Source: a virus
Reading direction: 5' to 3' (one strand)
Virus record (IMG/VR): IMGVR_UViG_3300030106_006091
Location: 9,839 to 73,838 of that record
Length of the DNA: 64,000 nucleotides
Shown: one piece after another, positions 46,801-56,036 of the stretch
Layout of the letters: each line of letters starts with the position of its first letter
Position numbering within the stretch: the first letter of the stretch is position 1
The notes under the pieces: model-generated
What the model was told of the DNA's origin: nothing
Database searches by the model: none
Seen by the model: the letters and a program-made list of their open reading frames with translations, nothing else
Made by a program: the position numbers and the translations under genes

Positions 46801-49800
46801 CTTCCATGACTTTACTCTGCTACGCAAGAGACCGTCCTTGAATACAATAACGCACGTTCAGTGTCAGGCAGCTATTGCATTTAGACACTACCAAGGAGGT
46901 CCAGGTGTGTTTGGTACACGTAAGAGCGACCAGGAATTGTCTGATGCCAACCCAAACGATACTACGGATAAGGCAAAGATCACAACCTTCCCGTCCATAG
47001 GGTGGATATCTCAGGCTCTGGGTAACACCATAGACTACAATGTAGACGGCGAGATATACGATACGACGGATACGTTCATAGACGCGGACGAGGATGTCAA
47101 CAACCCATACGGCAATGACAACCCACCAGCAGACGACGAGGATAAGCCAGGAGGTTTCTTCAAGAGAGCATTCAGACGTCTCCGTGGTAAGGAGAAGGAT
47201 GTAGATGATGTAGAAGATTACAGCGACGTGTCCGAGCTGCGAGCTCGTAGATACCGTATACGACAGTGGAGAGGTGGGGCATACATAGCATGTGCACACT
47301 ACTACCCACAAGACATCTACCTGCACAGAGAAATCGTTACGGGTGGAGATCACAGAGTAGAAGCAACTGAAGGAGAAAACAAGTGGGGGTGGTCAAACTA
47401 CACTGGAGGTCCCAATTCTGGTGGAGGTGCGGGGTATGACTTCTATGAGAGTTATCACACCCCAAAGAATAACCAGTTTACTTTTGTTGTAGACCCAGGT
47501 AGTAAGACATACTTACCAGGACAAAGAAACCTTAAAACCCCAGAATCGAGCTCATTCAAGGGGGCCCACTATATATTCAACAGGGGAGGAGAGAGTTCCA
47601 TAGTGATGGCACTTGTAAGTGGACTACCCCACCTTAAAGGTTTGGTGCCCTGGAGAGCAGGTGCAGAGGATTACGATCCTTGGTATTATAAAGATGCTGG
47701 TACGCTTGGTAAAAATGGGCCCTACAACATAGCTGCGTGGGGAGATGAGGACAAGTTCTTGTTCCCTGATGCGTGGCACAACAACGATGACCCTAAGCCA
47801 AACTACCCAATACCTGACTACATTGCTCAGAACACAACTCTTTACCCAGATGTGCAGACAGCAAGCTCTCAGTACAAGGGGTTGAACTACACGCTGTCCG
47901 GTGCAGATCCAAAGTATGGATTCCCAATGGCATGGTTGATCAATGTGTGCTCTGCAAAAACGGATGTGTACACCCCGTTTGACAAACAGACGCTTGTATG
48001 GACAGGCTTCTATCATTCAATCGCAGAAGAGTTTTCTGACTTTGAGCAATCGAATGATCTAACTCAAGGGTACGTATATGAACAACTTGCAAAGCCTGTA
48101 GCAGATGCTGTAACAAGTATAGTAGACGGTAACGGCGATACTGTAGAGTTACCATCAGTTGCCTACTTCAAGGGCAATACGACTGATGAGATATACGGGG
48201 GTGACACATACATAACTAGATATGCGTTCAGAACAACATCGCATAGCTATGGGCACTCTTGGTTTAGAGCCTCTACTGCATTGAATGATGCGGGCCCCGG
48301 CAGCAATACTGACGATGACATGAAGGTGATATCTCACCCTGATGCCATCGATAACAGTAGAAACACAAGGCAAAAAGACGTACCGGACTTCTTGTCTCTC
48401 AGTGACTTTGGAACTGCTTGGGGCACCACATCTGGTATGGCTGTATGGTCAGCTGCAGGTAGTAGCCTATCAAACATAGACCCTTCAGATGGATTAAGCA
48501 GCTCTGAAACAAATCAGATAGAGTCATTTATTAGTGACACACTTCTGAATGCAAACAACTGGCAGCAGGGTAACTCAGACCCGATGACAGCCCTGTTTAC
48601 ATTTATGGTAGAGTCAGAGGACAACATAGGTCTACGCCACCAGAAGGACAGCGAAGCAGGAGTAGCTACCAAGTTCTTTGACTTCAATACTGCAGCAGAG
48701 GTGTTGTTCTCTCCTCCCACACAAGACTTTACAAAACAGGACAACCTGTTGTATGAGGACCACTTGAACTTCATGCAGGATAAGAAGGTGGCTATGCCTT
48801 TCCCTAAAGCTAGGGCAGGCGTAGAAGAGAACGACTCGTTTACGAACAGAGTCATAAGATCTAAGAGAGCTACAGGGTCACTGTCTGACAGATACCGTGA
48901 GTTCCTTGCCAACGATTACGCAGACATACCTAAGAACAGAGGTGACATTACGAACCTGTTCACAGTGGGGGACACTCTGTACATACACACAGAGAAGGCG
49001 TTGTTCCAAACAAAGGGTAACGAACAGCTTGAACTGGGAAGTGTCAAGGCGTTCATCGGCAGCGGTGACATCTTTGCCATTGCACCTACAGAGCTGCAGA
49101 ACTCAGAGATAGGATATGGTGGTACTACCTCATTCCTGTCCTCAGTCACTACACAGTTCGGGCACTTGTATGTGGACCGCAGAGGCAGACGAGTACATGC
49201 AGTTGCAGGAGGACAGATACAAGAGGCCATGAAAGGAATGGAGCACTGGCTGCGTGACAACATACCGTTCGAGATAGAAAGGTATGGCATCAATGTAGAC
49301 TCAGAGTCATTCCCATACAACCCTGAGGCTACGACAGACAAGAACAATGCAATGGGATTCCACGTGGGCTACGATGCGAAGTTCAAGCGCATAGTGCTTA
49401 CAAAGAAAGAAAGAGTTCCCAATCAGTACTTTATCGACGAGTTCAATGCAGGCAACATTGCAGTAGAAGAGAACATGTTTGTTGAGACGGGAGGATGTGC
49501 AGATGACACTGCCGCAGAGGAAGCAAAAATTAGTTTTGCTGTAAACACGTCTACTCACAGGCCGGAAGGTCCTGGAGATAGAGCTAAGCAAATAGCAGCA
49601 GATCAAACAGATAGAGCTAACGTAACTACAGTGACATGCGGCCCAATAGGTCTCAGCAACGATACGTACTTTGAGGACTCAGGGTGGACGCTGTCATACC
49701 TGCCAGAACTAGGTATATGGGTAAGCCGGCACAGCTACATGCCCAGCTTGTACATCAATGGTGATGTACACCTGCACTCTATAAATGGGACAGGGTTCTA

Positions 49801-50383
49801 CAGGCATGACAATGAAAAGCAGCCTGGTAATTTCTACACCCAACTTTACAACTTCGAGTTAGAGTTCATAGACAATGCCGCGCCTTCATCAGTAAAACTA
49901 TACAGCAATGTATTCTACTGGGCTGATGCGAAGAAGCGTGATGACAATAACGTGACAGAGTTTAAACGTCAGACCTTCCCGATCTTCGACAAGTTCTACG
50001 TATACAACGTAGACCAGATATCAGGGGAGTCTACAGATATTTCGTATCTTAACAACTGCAGATTGGTGGACAAGATATGGTATCTAAATTCGTTCAGAGA
50101 CATGTCGTCTGTTGTATCTAATACAAACGACTACATCAATACTGGAAAGCCTAATGTGGTGGGGCAGCTTACTACATCAATACAATCTACCAGGGAGGAC
50201 ATTAGCATGTTCACTGCAGAGGGAGTACCAAACCCCGACTACATAGATCTGTCTAAGAACTGGTTCGACCAAAAGAAGTTTGCAGGACACTACTTAGGTG
50301 TAAGGCTTATCAGTAATAACCAAAGTGAAAACTTGATACACTTGTACGCTGCAGGTACAAAGTATCGTACATCTTACAGATAA
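43832..50383 (+). CDS. Tail stabilisation/muzzle protein (P22 gp10-like), 2183 aa
   Basis: GMSKD..DALN N-terminus, YFTDN..PPR, LYLGN, FRRGDVYAFYI, GGDTYI, WTLSY..WVSRHSYMP. Confidence 0.8.
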   Translation: MKKFVAGMSKDTSKADQPDGTFRDALNAVVNIETGTVNNEYGTTTVVGANIDVIGAIPIDEDRVVFLGLNASEECIIALSDPKKGESTILYKNSELNFKRSHPIAGEYRKDAKNDIIIYFTDNYHVIDEDINEATYVSDYNPPRAFNVTRQLQAFALEEAEGFTANPEVLYGEVNFNVEKLTLFPDVGTHTRIKNAHVREGGAVVAATYHLALAYADEDFVETNYFVVSNPLYVIPEPDNTLPADIVIGAQKGTVTTKSLHWELYVPRNVNYKYVQPAVIQRIGTAENVYKLQRVEIQWSSGEDIGLFTNVSEISDTPNIPIQSFADAVLANDFTAARGLERQGYGGGDDSAGQRQRNLPSAPYRSDGATGFKLYNVVYTGREDASTMSTLDIVADKIKYLTARTLTQLNDQLYLGNLISRKDIGFQRYAGNIKVSPKVKAVEGFDRRSFDIITLNKGYGTMTMPYWHASDHPRGFDGMGQTYFQSIGADNSPETPVTATAVESMYPDYISAIADFLRYPSTGGQKLKIGGNKTGVQYTLNDATRRGYKDNRFTYRGKSFRRGDVYAFYISFVLRDGTETYAYHIPGRPPLPLIWSSIQDNIVSQTGYTEEEKWQFLLGRSFSTLEDEYLMENDKFTTLSYLQAYSHGYHPTEAIDLNRESKIYQYVDTSYDVAYTQLDTSATYKALRNDMGFWENENEFYPASDDFRLTDVNENGTAQEQILFPSSDNYENWFYNLLDNVGRGRRVRHHRMPSNYNRERSYIQYSTASIAPPSTESDEVGSLSFDRNYGALFFENTADLSQRGFMAGYETGTGPNTIGSGDVLVAAPWVSSHRDKSTIIGGEAYGYTKKRLITNETARILGIQLNNLKIPRHMLREIQGYKIYFAKKEGTDKLVAGQSLSIPCIPRYAASPNQNRLLARKGPYFNAFYAYGGLRNDMEAAMAIASKWRGAYQEETTFEPSAERAVPESSYTTVSPVDQMFRYYGNPVFTFHDFTLLRKRPSLNTITHVQCQAAIAFRHYQGGPGVFGTRKSDQELSDANPNDTTDKAKITTFPSIGWISQALGNTIDYNVDGEIYDTTDTFIDADEDVNNPYGNDNPPADDEDKPGGFFKRAFRRLRGKEKDVDDVEDYSDVSELRARRYRIRQWRGGAYIACAHYYPQDIYLHREIVTGGDHRVEATEGENKWGWSNYTGGPNSGGGAGYDFYESYHTPKNNQFTFVVDPGSKTYLPGQRNLKTPESSSFKGAHYIFNRGGESSIVMALVSGLPHLKGLVPWRAGAEDYDPWYYKDAGTLGKNGPYNIAAWGDEDKFLFPDAWHNNDDPKPNYPIPDYIAQNTTLYPDVQTASSQYKGLNYTLSGADPKYGFPMAWLINVCSAKTDVYTPFDKQTLVWTGFYHSIAEEFSDFEQSNDLTQGYVYEQLAKPVADAVTSIVDGNGDTVELPSVAYFKGNTTDEIYGGDTYITRYAFRTTSHSYGHSWFRASTALNDAGPGSNTDDDMKVISHPDAIDNSRNTRQKDVPDFLSLSDFGTAWGTTSGMAVWSAAGSSLSNIDPSDGLSSSETNQIESFISDTLLNANNWQQGNSDPMTALFTFMVESEDNIGLRHQKDSEAGVATKFFDFNTAAEVLFSPPTQDFTKQDNLLYEDHLNFMQDKKVAMPFPKARAGVEENDSFTNRVIRSKRATGSLSDRYREFLANDYADIPKNRGDITNLFTVGDTLYIHTEKALFQTKGNEQLELGSVKAFIGSGDIFAIAPTELQNSEIGYGGTTSFLSSVTTQFGHLYVDRRGRRVHAVAGGQIQEAMKGMEHWLRDNIPFEIERYGINVDSESFPYNPEATTDKNNAMGFHVGYDAKFKRIVLTKKERVPNQYFIDEFNAGNIAVEENMFVETGGCADDTAAEEAKISFAVNTSTHRPEGPGDRAKQIAADQTDRANVTTVTCGPIGLSNDTYFEDSGWTLSYLPELGIWVSRHSYMPSLYINGDVHLHSINGTGFYRHDNEKQPGNFYTQLYNFELEFIDNAAPSSVKLYSNVFYWADAKKRDDNNVTEFKRQTFPIFDKFYVYNVDQISGESTDISYLNNCRLVDKIWYLNSFRDMSSVVSNTNDYINTGKPNVVGQLTTSIQSTREDISMFTAEGVPNPDYIDLSKNWFDQKKFAGHYLGVRLISNNQSENLIHLYAAGTKYRTSYR

Positions 50384-53247
50384 TGAGTGACGACAAGTGG
50401 ATACAGAAAGCTAACAGACGCATGAAGCGTAAGGGCACAGTGGGCAAGTTTACTGCTTACTGTGGCGGTAAGGTAACCAATGAGTGTATCGACAGAGCAC
50501 TCAAGTCAAACAACCCTACCCTGGTTAAGCGTGCACAGTTCGCAAAGAACGTACGTAAGAAGCAGGAGGGGGGAGCACTAAACTTCTTGGCAGATGGTAT
50601 AGACTTCTCCGACGGCTCACCAGAAATCTCAGTTGGTGCAGAATCTAAAGGTCCGTTAAGAGATGCAATTTCAAACTTCAAAGCAACCAAAGCAGCTGAG
50701 CTTGCAGATGCAGGTGGTATAAAAGGAGCACTGACGAGTGGACTCAAAGATGGATTAAAGGGCCTTAAGCCTAGCATGGGTACAGCTGTAGCTGCCCTGT
50801 CAGGACTTGCTGCAAAGAGTGCAGAAAAGAAAGCAGGCGCATCAGCCATGGCTGATCCATTCCGTAACAACGTGATGGAACGCAAAGCTTCTAAGCGTGC
50901 AGGATTTGGCGCAGGTTTTAAAGCAGCATCTGATGGACCAATAGGACAAGTTTTGGGTAAAGTGCCAGTGTTTGGTAAGGTGCTCCAAGCAGGTGCGGGT
51001 GTAGTGGGTGGACTTATCGGCGGTAAGAAAGCAGAGAAGGCACAAGAAAAAGAACGTAAAGAAGCAGTCAAGCAGCTACGTACAAGTCAGAATGCACAGC
51101 TTGCACAACAAGCAGCACAAGCTAAACAGTTTGAGGCAAGCGGTGAGACAGGCTTTGCAGATGTAGGAACCAGCACTACCAACTCATACCTAGCACAACG
51201 AGGCATGCGTGACGGTGGATCGTATGACCCTGTGTACGGCGGAACAAAACTCAAGGGGGGTAGAACAGAACCACTGCCCGGTGGTGCTGTAGAATTTGTG
51301 GGTAAGAAACATAGCGAGGGCGGAATCATGCTTGACCCAAAGACAGAAGTCGAGGGTGGAGAAACAATGGACAAAGTATACATGAAAAAGAAAGGCGGTA
51401 AGAAAACGGACTACATCTTCTCAGACTACTTGAAGCTCGGAGGAAAGACGTTTGCACAAAGACACAAGGAGCTTTTGAGTGGCGGAGCTAGCCAGAAGCA
51501 AATACAGCAACTTGCTAAGATGCAAGAGGACAAAGCTGGTAGAACTCCTAAGGTTATGCAGTTCGGAGGTGAGACCTCCATGTATGCTGGTGGGGAATAC
51601 AGAAAGTTCCAAAAGGCAGGTGATGCTCAAGAGCCTGTGGAAGAAGAACAGCAGTTTGGCCCAAGGGAGGGTGAGATAGAAATCTTTGAAGGTGACCCAG
51701 GATACCCTGAGGATGCACAAGAAGGTGAGAGATTCTACATACAAGACGGTGAAGTGGTTAGAGAAACCTTGAGTGCTGATGGTACAGCCAAAAGAAGAAA
51801 CGAGGTCAAGGGTTGGAGCGAAGGTAGAAAGCAGAAGAGGACAGGGGAAAACCTGTTCTCTGGGGTTACAGAGAATGACGTGGACGAAAGACTAAAGGAA
51901 GAGTCTCACTGGTTTGATCCAAAGGACCCTAAGTTTGGTGAAGGTGGGTTTGATGTACACAACCCAAAGCACGTTGAGATGTATCAACAAGAGTACAACG
52001 AAGAGGTACCAGAAGACCAAAAGATTGAGGTAGACGGTAAGTGGGGCGACCAAACTCAAAGTGCTACTATACCACAAGGACCTGAACAAGAACGTGAGGT
52101 ACGTAGAGAGGAAAAGCAGTTTATCGAGACACCTGAAGAAACTCCAGAGGATACTACTGAGGATACCCCAGACCCGAATACAGAGATCACTAAGAAAATT
52201 AAAACTAAGGAGGTACCAACACTAGCACAGATAGGAGGACTAGGTCAGCTTATCCCACCCATCTATGCATTTAAGTCACAGCCTGCATACATCTCAGGAC
52301 CAGGAGCTGCATCAGTAGTGGCACCTAACATGCCTAGAGTCAATCTAAATGCAGAGCGTTCTGCAAATGCCAACGACTTCCGTGCGGTGCAAGCTGCTAT
52401 TGAAGGTAGTGGTGGTGGTCCAGGTGCCATGGTCAACATGATGGTCAACCTTGAGAACAAGAACAAGAATGACTTGCAGATAGCCAATGCAGAGAACAGA
52501 GCAAACAAAGAACTGGCTGCAGAGGAGAAGCGCATGAAGTTTGCAGCTAACTCAAAGAATGCTGAGCTCGGACTGCGGGCAGGACAGTTTGCTTCTGCAC
52601 TAGCACGTGAGCAGATCAAGGACAGACGTGAGGAGAAGCTTGGTGCACTGGATGCCATGGCTGATAGACTTGCTGGCTACGCAGGCGATGTGTTAGACTA
52701 CAGAGCGCAAGAAAGACTTGCAAGGGAGATAGGGGCTGACGGTATATACGATGCACAACAGTTAAGAGATCTGGGTTACACCCCAGAGCAGATCAACGCT
52801 TACTTTGCCCGTAAGGACAAGGAGAAGAAAGAGGGTCAAAGCATAGAGACAGCATCAAACTCTATACCTACCAAAAACAAGCTCAAGGGGGACAAGGTCT
52901 CTAGAAGAGACAGAAAGGCTAAAGAGGAAGGATTTGAAAGTTCTGATGCCAGAAAGCAGTTTTACGCTGAAGAAAAGGCAGACGAGAAGGACGCAAAGAT
53001 AGACTTGAAGATTGAAAACAAGAGAAGAACAATAACTGAGTACGAAAGAAAGAGAGAAGAGCAGAACGCAAAGAGAGCAGAGAGAGGACTGGACCCACTG
53101 GGACCATCTGAGGTAGAGAGAAGAGCTACTGCCTCAATAGATAGACTTAGAAAGAAGCGGTCAGACTATGCCGCACCTACTGAGAATAAGAAGAGAGGGG
53201 GTTATATTCGCAGAGCGAAAGCAATGAGACGTAAAAGAAGAAGATAA
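50383..53247 (+). CDS. Virion cargo/ejection protein (cargo-protein-1-like)
   Basis: GKFTAYCGGKVTNECI..KRAQFAKN, G.KHSEGGI..EVEGGET..IFSDYLK, a glycine-rich hydrophobic hairpin and xxGG motifs. Confidence 0.72.
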   Translation: MSDDKWIQKANRRMKRKGTVGKFTAYCGGKVTNECIDRALKSNNPTLVKRAQFAKNVRKKQEGGALNFLADGIDFSDGSPEISVGAESKGPLRDAISNFKATKAAELADAGGIKGALTSGLKDGLKGLKPSMGTAVAALSGLAAKSAEKKAGASAMADPFRNNVMERKASKRAGFGAGFKAASDGPIGQVLGKVPVFGKVLQAGAGVVGGLIGGKKAEKAQEKERKEAVKQLRTSQNAQLAQQAAQAKQFEASGETGFADVGTSTTNSYLAQRGMRDGGSYDPVYGGTKLKGGRTEPLPGGAVEFVGKKHSEGGIMLDPKTEVEGGETMDKVYMKKKGGKKTDYIFSDYLKLGGKTFAQRHKELLSGGASQKQIQQLAKMQEDKAGRTPKVMQFGGETSMYAGGEYRKFQKAGDAQEPVEEEQQFGPREGEIEIFEGDPGYPEDAQEGERFYIQDGEVVRETLSADGTAKRRNEVKGWSEGRKQKRTGENLFSGVTENDVDERLKEESHWFDPKDPKFGEGGFDVHNPKHVEMYQQEYNEEVPEDQKIEVDGKWGDQTQSATIPQGPEQEREVRREEKQFIETPEETPEDTTEDTPDPNTEITKKIKTKEVPTLAQIGGLGQLIPPIYAFKSQPAYISGPGAASVVAPNMPRVNLNAERSANANDFRAVQAAIEGSGGGPGAMVNMMVNLENKNKNDLQIANAENRANKELAAEEKRMKFAANSKNAELGLRAGQFASALAREQIKDRREEKLGALDAMADRLAGYAGDVLDYRAQERLAREIGADGIYDAQQLRDLGYTPEQINAYFARKDKEKKEGQSIETASNSIPTKNKLKGDKVSRRDRKAKEEGFESSDARKQFYAEEKADEKDAKIDLKIENKRRTITEYERKREEQNAKRAERGLDPLGPSEVERRATASIDRLRKKRSDYAAPTENKKRGGYIRRAKAMRRKRRR

Positions 53248-56024
53248 TGGCGTACAAGTTCAAACCATACAGAAGTGTATACAGAGATCCTCAGTCTGTA
53301 AAGATTAATGAGATACTCCGTAAAAGATATGTAGATGCTTTTGCTGCAGATACCCTTACTCAGAATGCATTGTCTGAGATGTTGGTGTCTGCAGATTTTG
53401 CAGGTGATGTAGAGAAAGCTGCACAGCTTCGTTCTACCATAGACGCTAGGTCTAATAAGTATGCAGAGAGCGGCAGGTATGAAACACTTGGGGTAAACAT
53501 AGCTCGTGATGCTGCAGAGTTTACACAGGGCTACACACCTCTAAAGAAGAACTACGAAGCTAGAGAAGCAGCTAAGAAAACTGCACAGCAAACACTCAAC
53601 CCTGACGACTACCAGAAGTGGTTGGGGTGGAGCTTGACCAGAAGAGATGCAGAGGGCAACTACCAGCCATACACAGGCATTGAGTATGATGAGAACGGGT
53701 ACGTCATACCTGACACGTACTACCAAGCAGACCCAGTACCAGCTAAGGTTGATATAGAAGGTCAGATCATCAAGGAGGTCAATGCACTGCCTGTTATGAA
53801 GCAGGGTGGGTACACAGCAGCTAGCTTCAGCTTTGAGACCTATACAGACGAGAATGGTAACACCATGAAGGTGCCCGTCATTAGAACAACACAAGGCCAA
53901 GTCATCACTGGTAAGGACAGCCAGGCTATCTTCCAAGCTGTAAAGTCAGCACTAAACAACCCTGAGGTACAATCGTATCTTAACTTCAAGTCTGAGATCA
54001 ACACGTTTGACCAAGACGGTGGGTCACTACAACAGACCATAGAAGGTCGTGTACAAGAACTGCAGTTGGAGTTGGGGAGAGCTACTGGTTCACAACGGGA
54101 CAACATACAGTCACAGATAGAGGATCTGAAAAGAGCTCAAAAGTCTGGGATGACAGGACAGATGCGGGATGCGGTAGCTAACATCTACAAGCAACGCATC
54201 ATGGATAGATACCAGACTGACGCTGAGAGATTCGCAGGTCAGAGTGTGTACGGCGGAGGGTCACAGTTCCAGATCAACCCAATCTGGTTGAAGTCCCTTG
54301 AGGCAAGAGCAGCTAGCGGGGATGTGGTTAACAGACCAATACTTGCAGGTGACACCCAAGAGGTGCTTGCAACCATAGCTCAACAAGAAGGTGTTGACCC
54401 AGCAGACGTGGTTGTGACAGCAGAGTCACTGAGAGCTGGTGAACAGAAGTTGCATGAGGAAGCAGCTGGTGAGCTGTCAGCTGCACTGCAGGCATACCCA
54501 GAACTGGAGAGTGTGCTTGAGGCAAACAATGTTGACCCAAGTAACTTCGAGGAGATAGAGGGATACATGGAGGACCTGACAGTAGAAGAAGTCAGAGACC
54601 TCGCCAGCGACCTGTCAGCAGGTGGTACTAGAGATCCACAACAAGTCCTTCAAGATTTGTTCGATCTGCAAGCTGGTATGATAGCACACGCAGATAGATC
54701 CGAGCAGGTTGATGCATTGATTGATTATGCAAATGGCAACGAGGAGGTTATGAATACTCCTGTAGCTATCAACAATGCAGCTATTGCTGCATCAGGTGAC
54801 ATTGCAAAGCAGGCGTTGGATAACGTAATTATGCCTGATGGTGCTAGGGTTAAAGATGTTGCACCAGAACAACTCAACAGATCCGCAGCTACAGCATTGG
54901 CTCACCAGGTTATCAAAGAATTGTTCGTTGACGAACGTGGGGATTGGATCAGCAAGCCTGCTACCATGAGCCCAAGCGAGCAAAACATATTTGACATGTT
55001 GACCCCTATACTCACCAGCACGGATGAGAAGGGCTTAGCCTTGCCTGAACCTGAAGCAAGGGAGGCATTTAACACAGCACTTGCATATGCAGCTGCTCAG
55101 TATGATGCAGCTATGGGCAGCAAGTACACTAGACGTAATACCAATATGAAGCCTCAGGGTATGGAGATACCAACGTTGCCTGCAGGTAACTTTGACTACG
55201 ACAGCTACATTGCAAACTTGGATGCAGAGACAACAAGAAGGCAGGAGGCTGCAAATGAAGCTCTTAACCAAGCCGTTAGAGTTACCTTTAACTGGCCAGC
55301 CTACCCAGATGCACTTGGTGATGCTGATGGTGTAGAGTCTAAGCAGTTGAGAGACGCAGTAAAAGGAAGAGACCTTAGCAGCTTTGCTGCAGCACAGGAC
55401 TTGAAAGACAAAACAGGTCAATCAGTCGGAGCTGAGAGTGCATCATGGAGAACAGCTACAATAACTGATAGTAAAGGCAAGACTACTGAGGAGTTTGCAG
55501 ATAACCCACTTGACAGTTGGAAGATAGATGATCTTATGTTTAGTGCCTATGGTGTCAACGGTAAGGTCATACCAACAATAAGACTGTCAGTATCAGCAGG
55601 TACAGGCAATAACAAGGTTGAGCGGACCATACAGATGGATGCTAACCAAGCAGTCAGGAACTTCATAAACACAGAGCCAGGCATAGGCAGCACAGGTTCA
55701 TTTGGTGATGCCATACTTGGATATACACCAGCACACCAGTTCCAAACTGTGATACTCAATGCCCTTGCCACCTCAGGTGCAACCAACGAAGTGACAATTA
55801 ACCTGCCAGGTAACGCAAAGACTGGACGTATACAAGTCAGCGTACCTCTTGAGAAAGACGAGAAGGGTAACCTGACAGGTAACTACCCAGTCATAGAGAT
55901 GAACATGGCCAAACAAGGAAACTCGGGCAAGGTAGTCATCGAAGATAGTTGGGCTAAAGGTCAAGGCTTCGAGGATGTCCTGGAAGCGGCAGCTCTCACT
56001 TACATGAGGCTGGTAGAAAATTAA
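53247..56024 (+). CDS. Virion cargo protein (925 aa), upstream of the RNAP-type gene
   Basis: Large helical ORF in the canonical crAss cargo block; synteny. Confidence 0.68.
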   Translation: MAYKFKPYRSVYRDPQSVKINEILRKRYVDAFAADTLTQNALSEMLVSADFAGDVEKAAQLRSTIDARSNKYAESGRYETLGVNIARDAAEFTQGYTPLKKNYEAREAAKKTAQQTLNPDDYQKWLGWSLTRRDAEGNYQPYTGIEYDENGYVIPDTYYQADPVPAKVDIEGQIIKEVNALPVMKQGGYTAASFSFETYTDENGNTMKVPVIRTTQGQVITGKDSQAIFQAVKSALNNPEVQSYLNFKSEINTFDQDGGSLQQTIEGRVQELQLELGRATGSQRDNIQSQIEDLKRAQKSGMTGQMRDAVANIYKQRIMDRYQTDAERFAGQSVYGGGSQFQINPIWLKSLEARAASGDVVNRPILAGDTQEVLATIAQQEGVDPADVVVTAESLRAGEQKLHEEAAGELSAALQAYPELESVLEANNVDPSNFEEIEGYMEDLTVEEVRDLASDLSAGGTRDPQQVLQDLFDLQAGMIAHADRSEQVDALIDYANGNEEVMNTPVAINNAAIAASGDIAKQALDNVIMPDGARVKDVAPEQLNRSAATALAHQVIKELFVDERGDWISKPATMSPSEQNIFDMLTPILTSTDEKGLALPEPEAREAFNTALAYAAAQYDAAMGSKYTRRNTNMKPQGMEIPTLPAGNFDYDSYIANLDAETTRRQEAANEALNQAVRVTFNWPAYPDALGDADGVESKQLRDAVKGRDLSSFAAAQDLKDKTGQSVGAESASWRTATITDSKGKTTEEFADNPLDSWKIDDLMFSAYGVNGKVIPTIRLSVSAGTGNNKVERTIQMDANQAVRNFINTEPGIGSTGSFGDAILGYTPAHQFQTVILNALATSGATNEVTINLPGNAKTGRIQVSVPLEKDEKGNLTGNYPVIEMNMAKQGNSGKVVIEDSWAKGQGFEDVLEAAALTYMRLVEN

Positions 56025-56032
56025 TATCTTTG
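56025..56032 (+). promoter_or_regulatory. Bacteroidota -7 promoter element
   Basis: TATCTTTG, 4 nt before the ATG at 56037. Confidence 0.6.
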
Positions 56033-56036
56033 TAGA

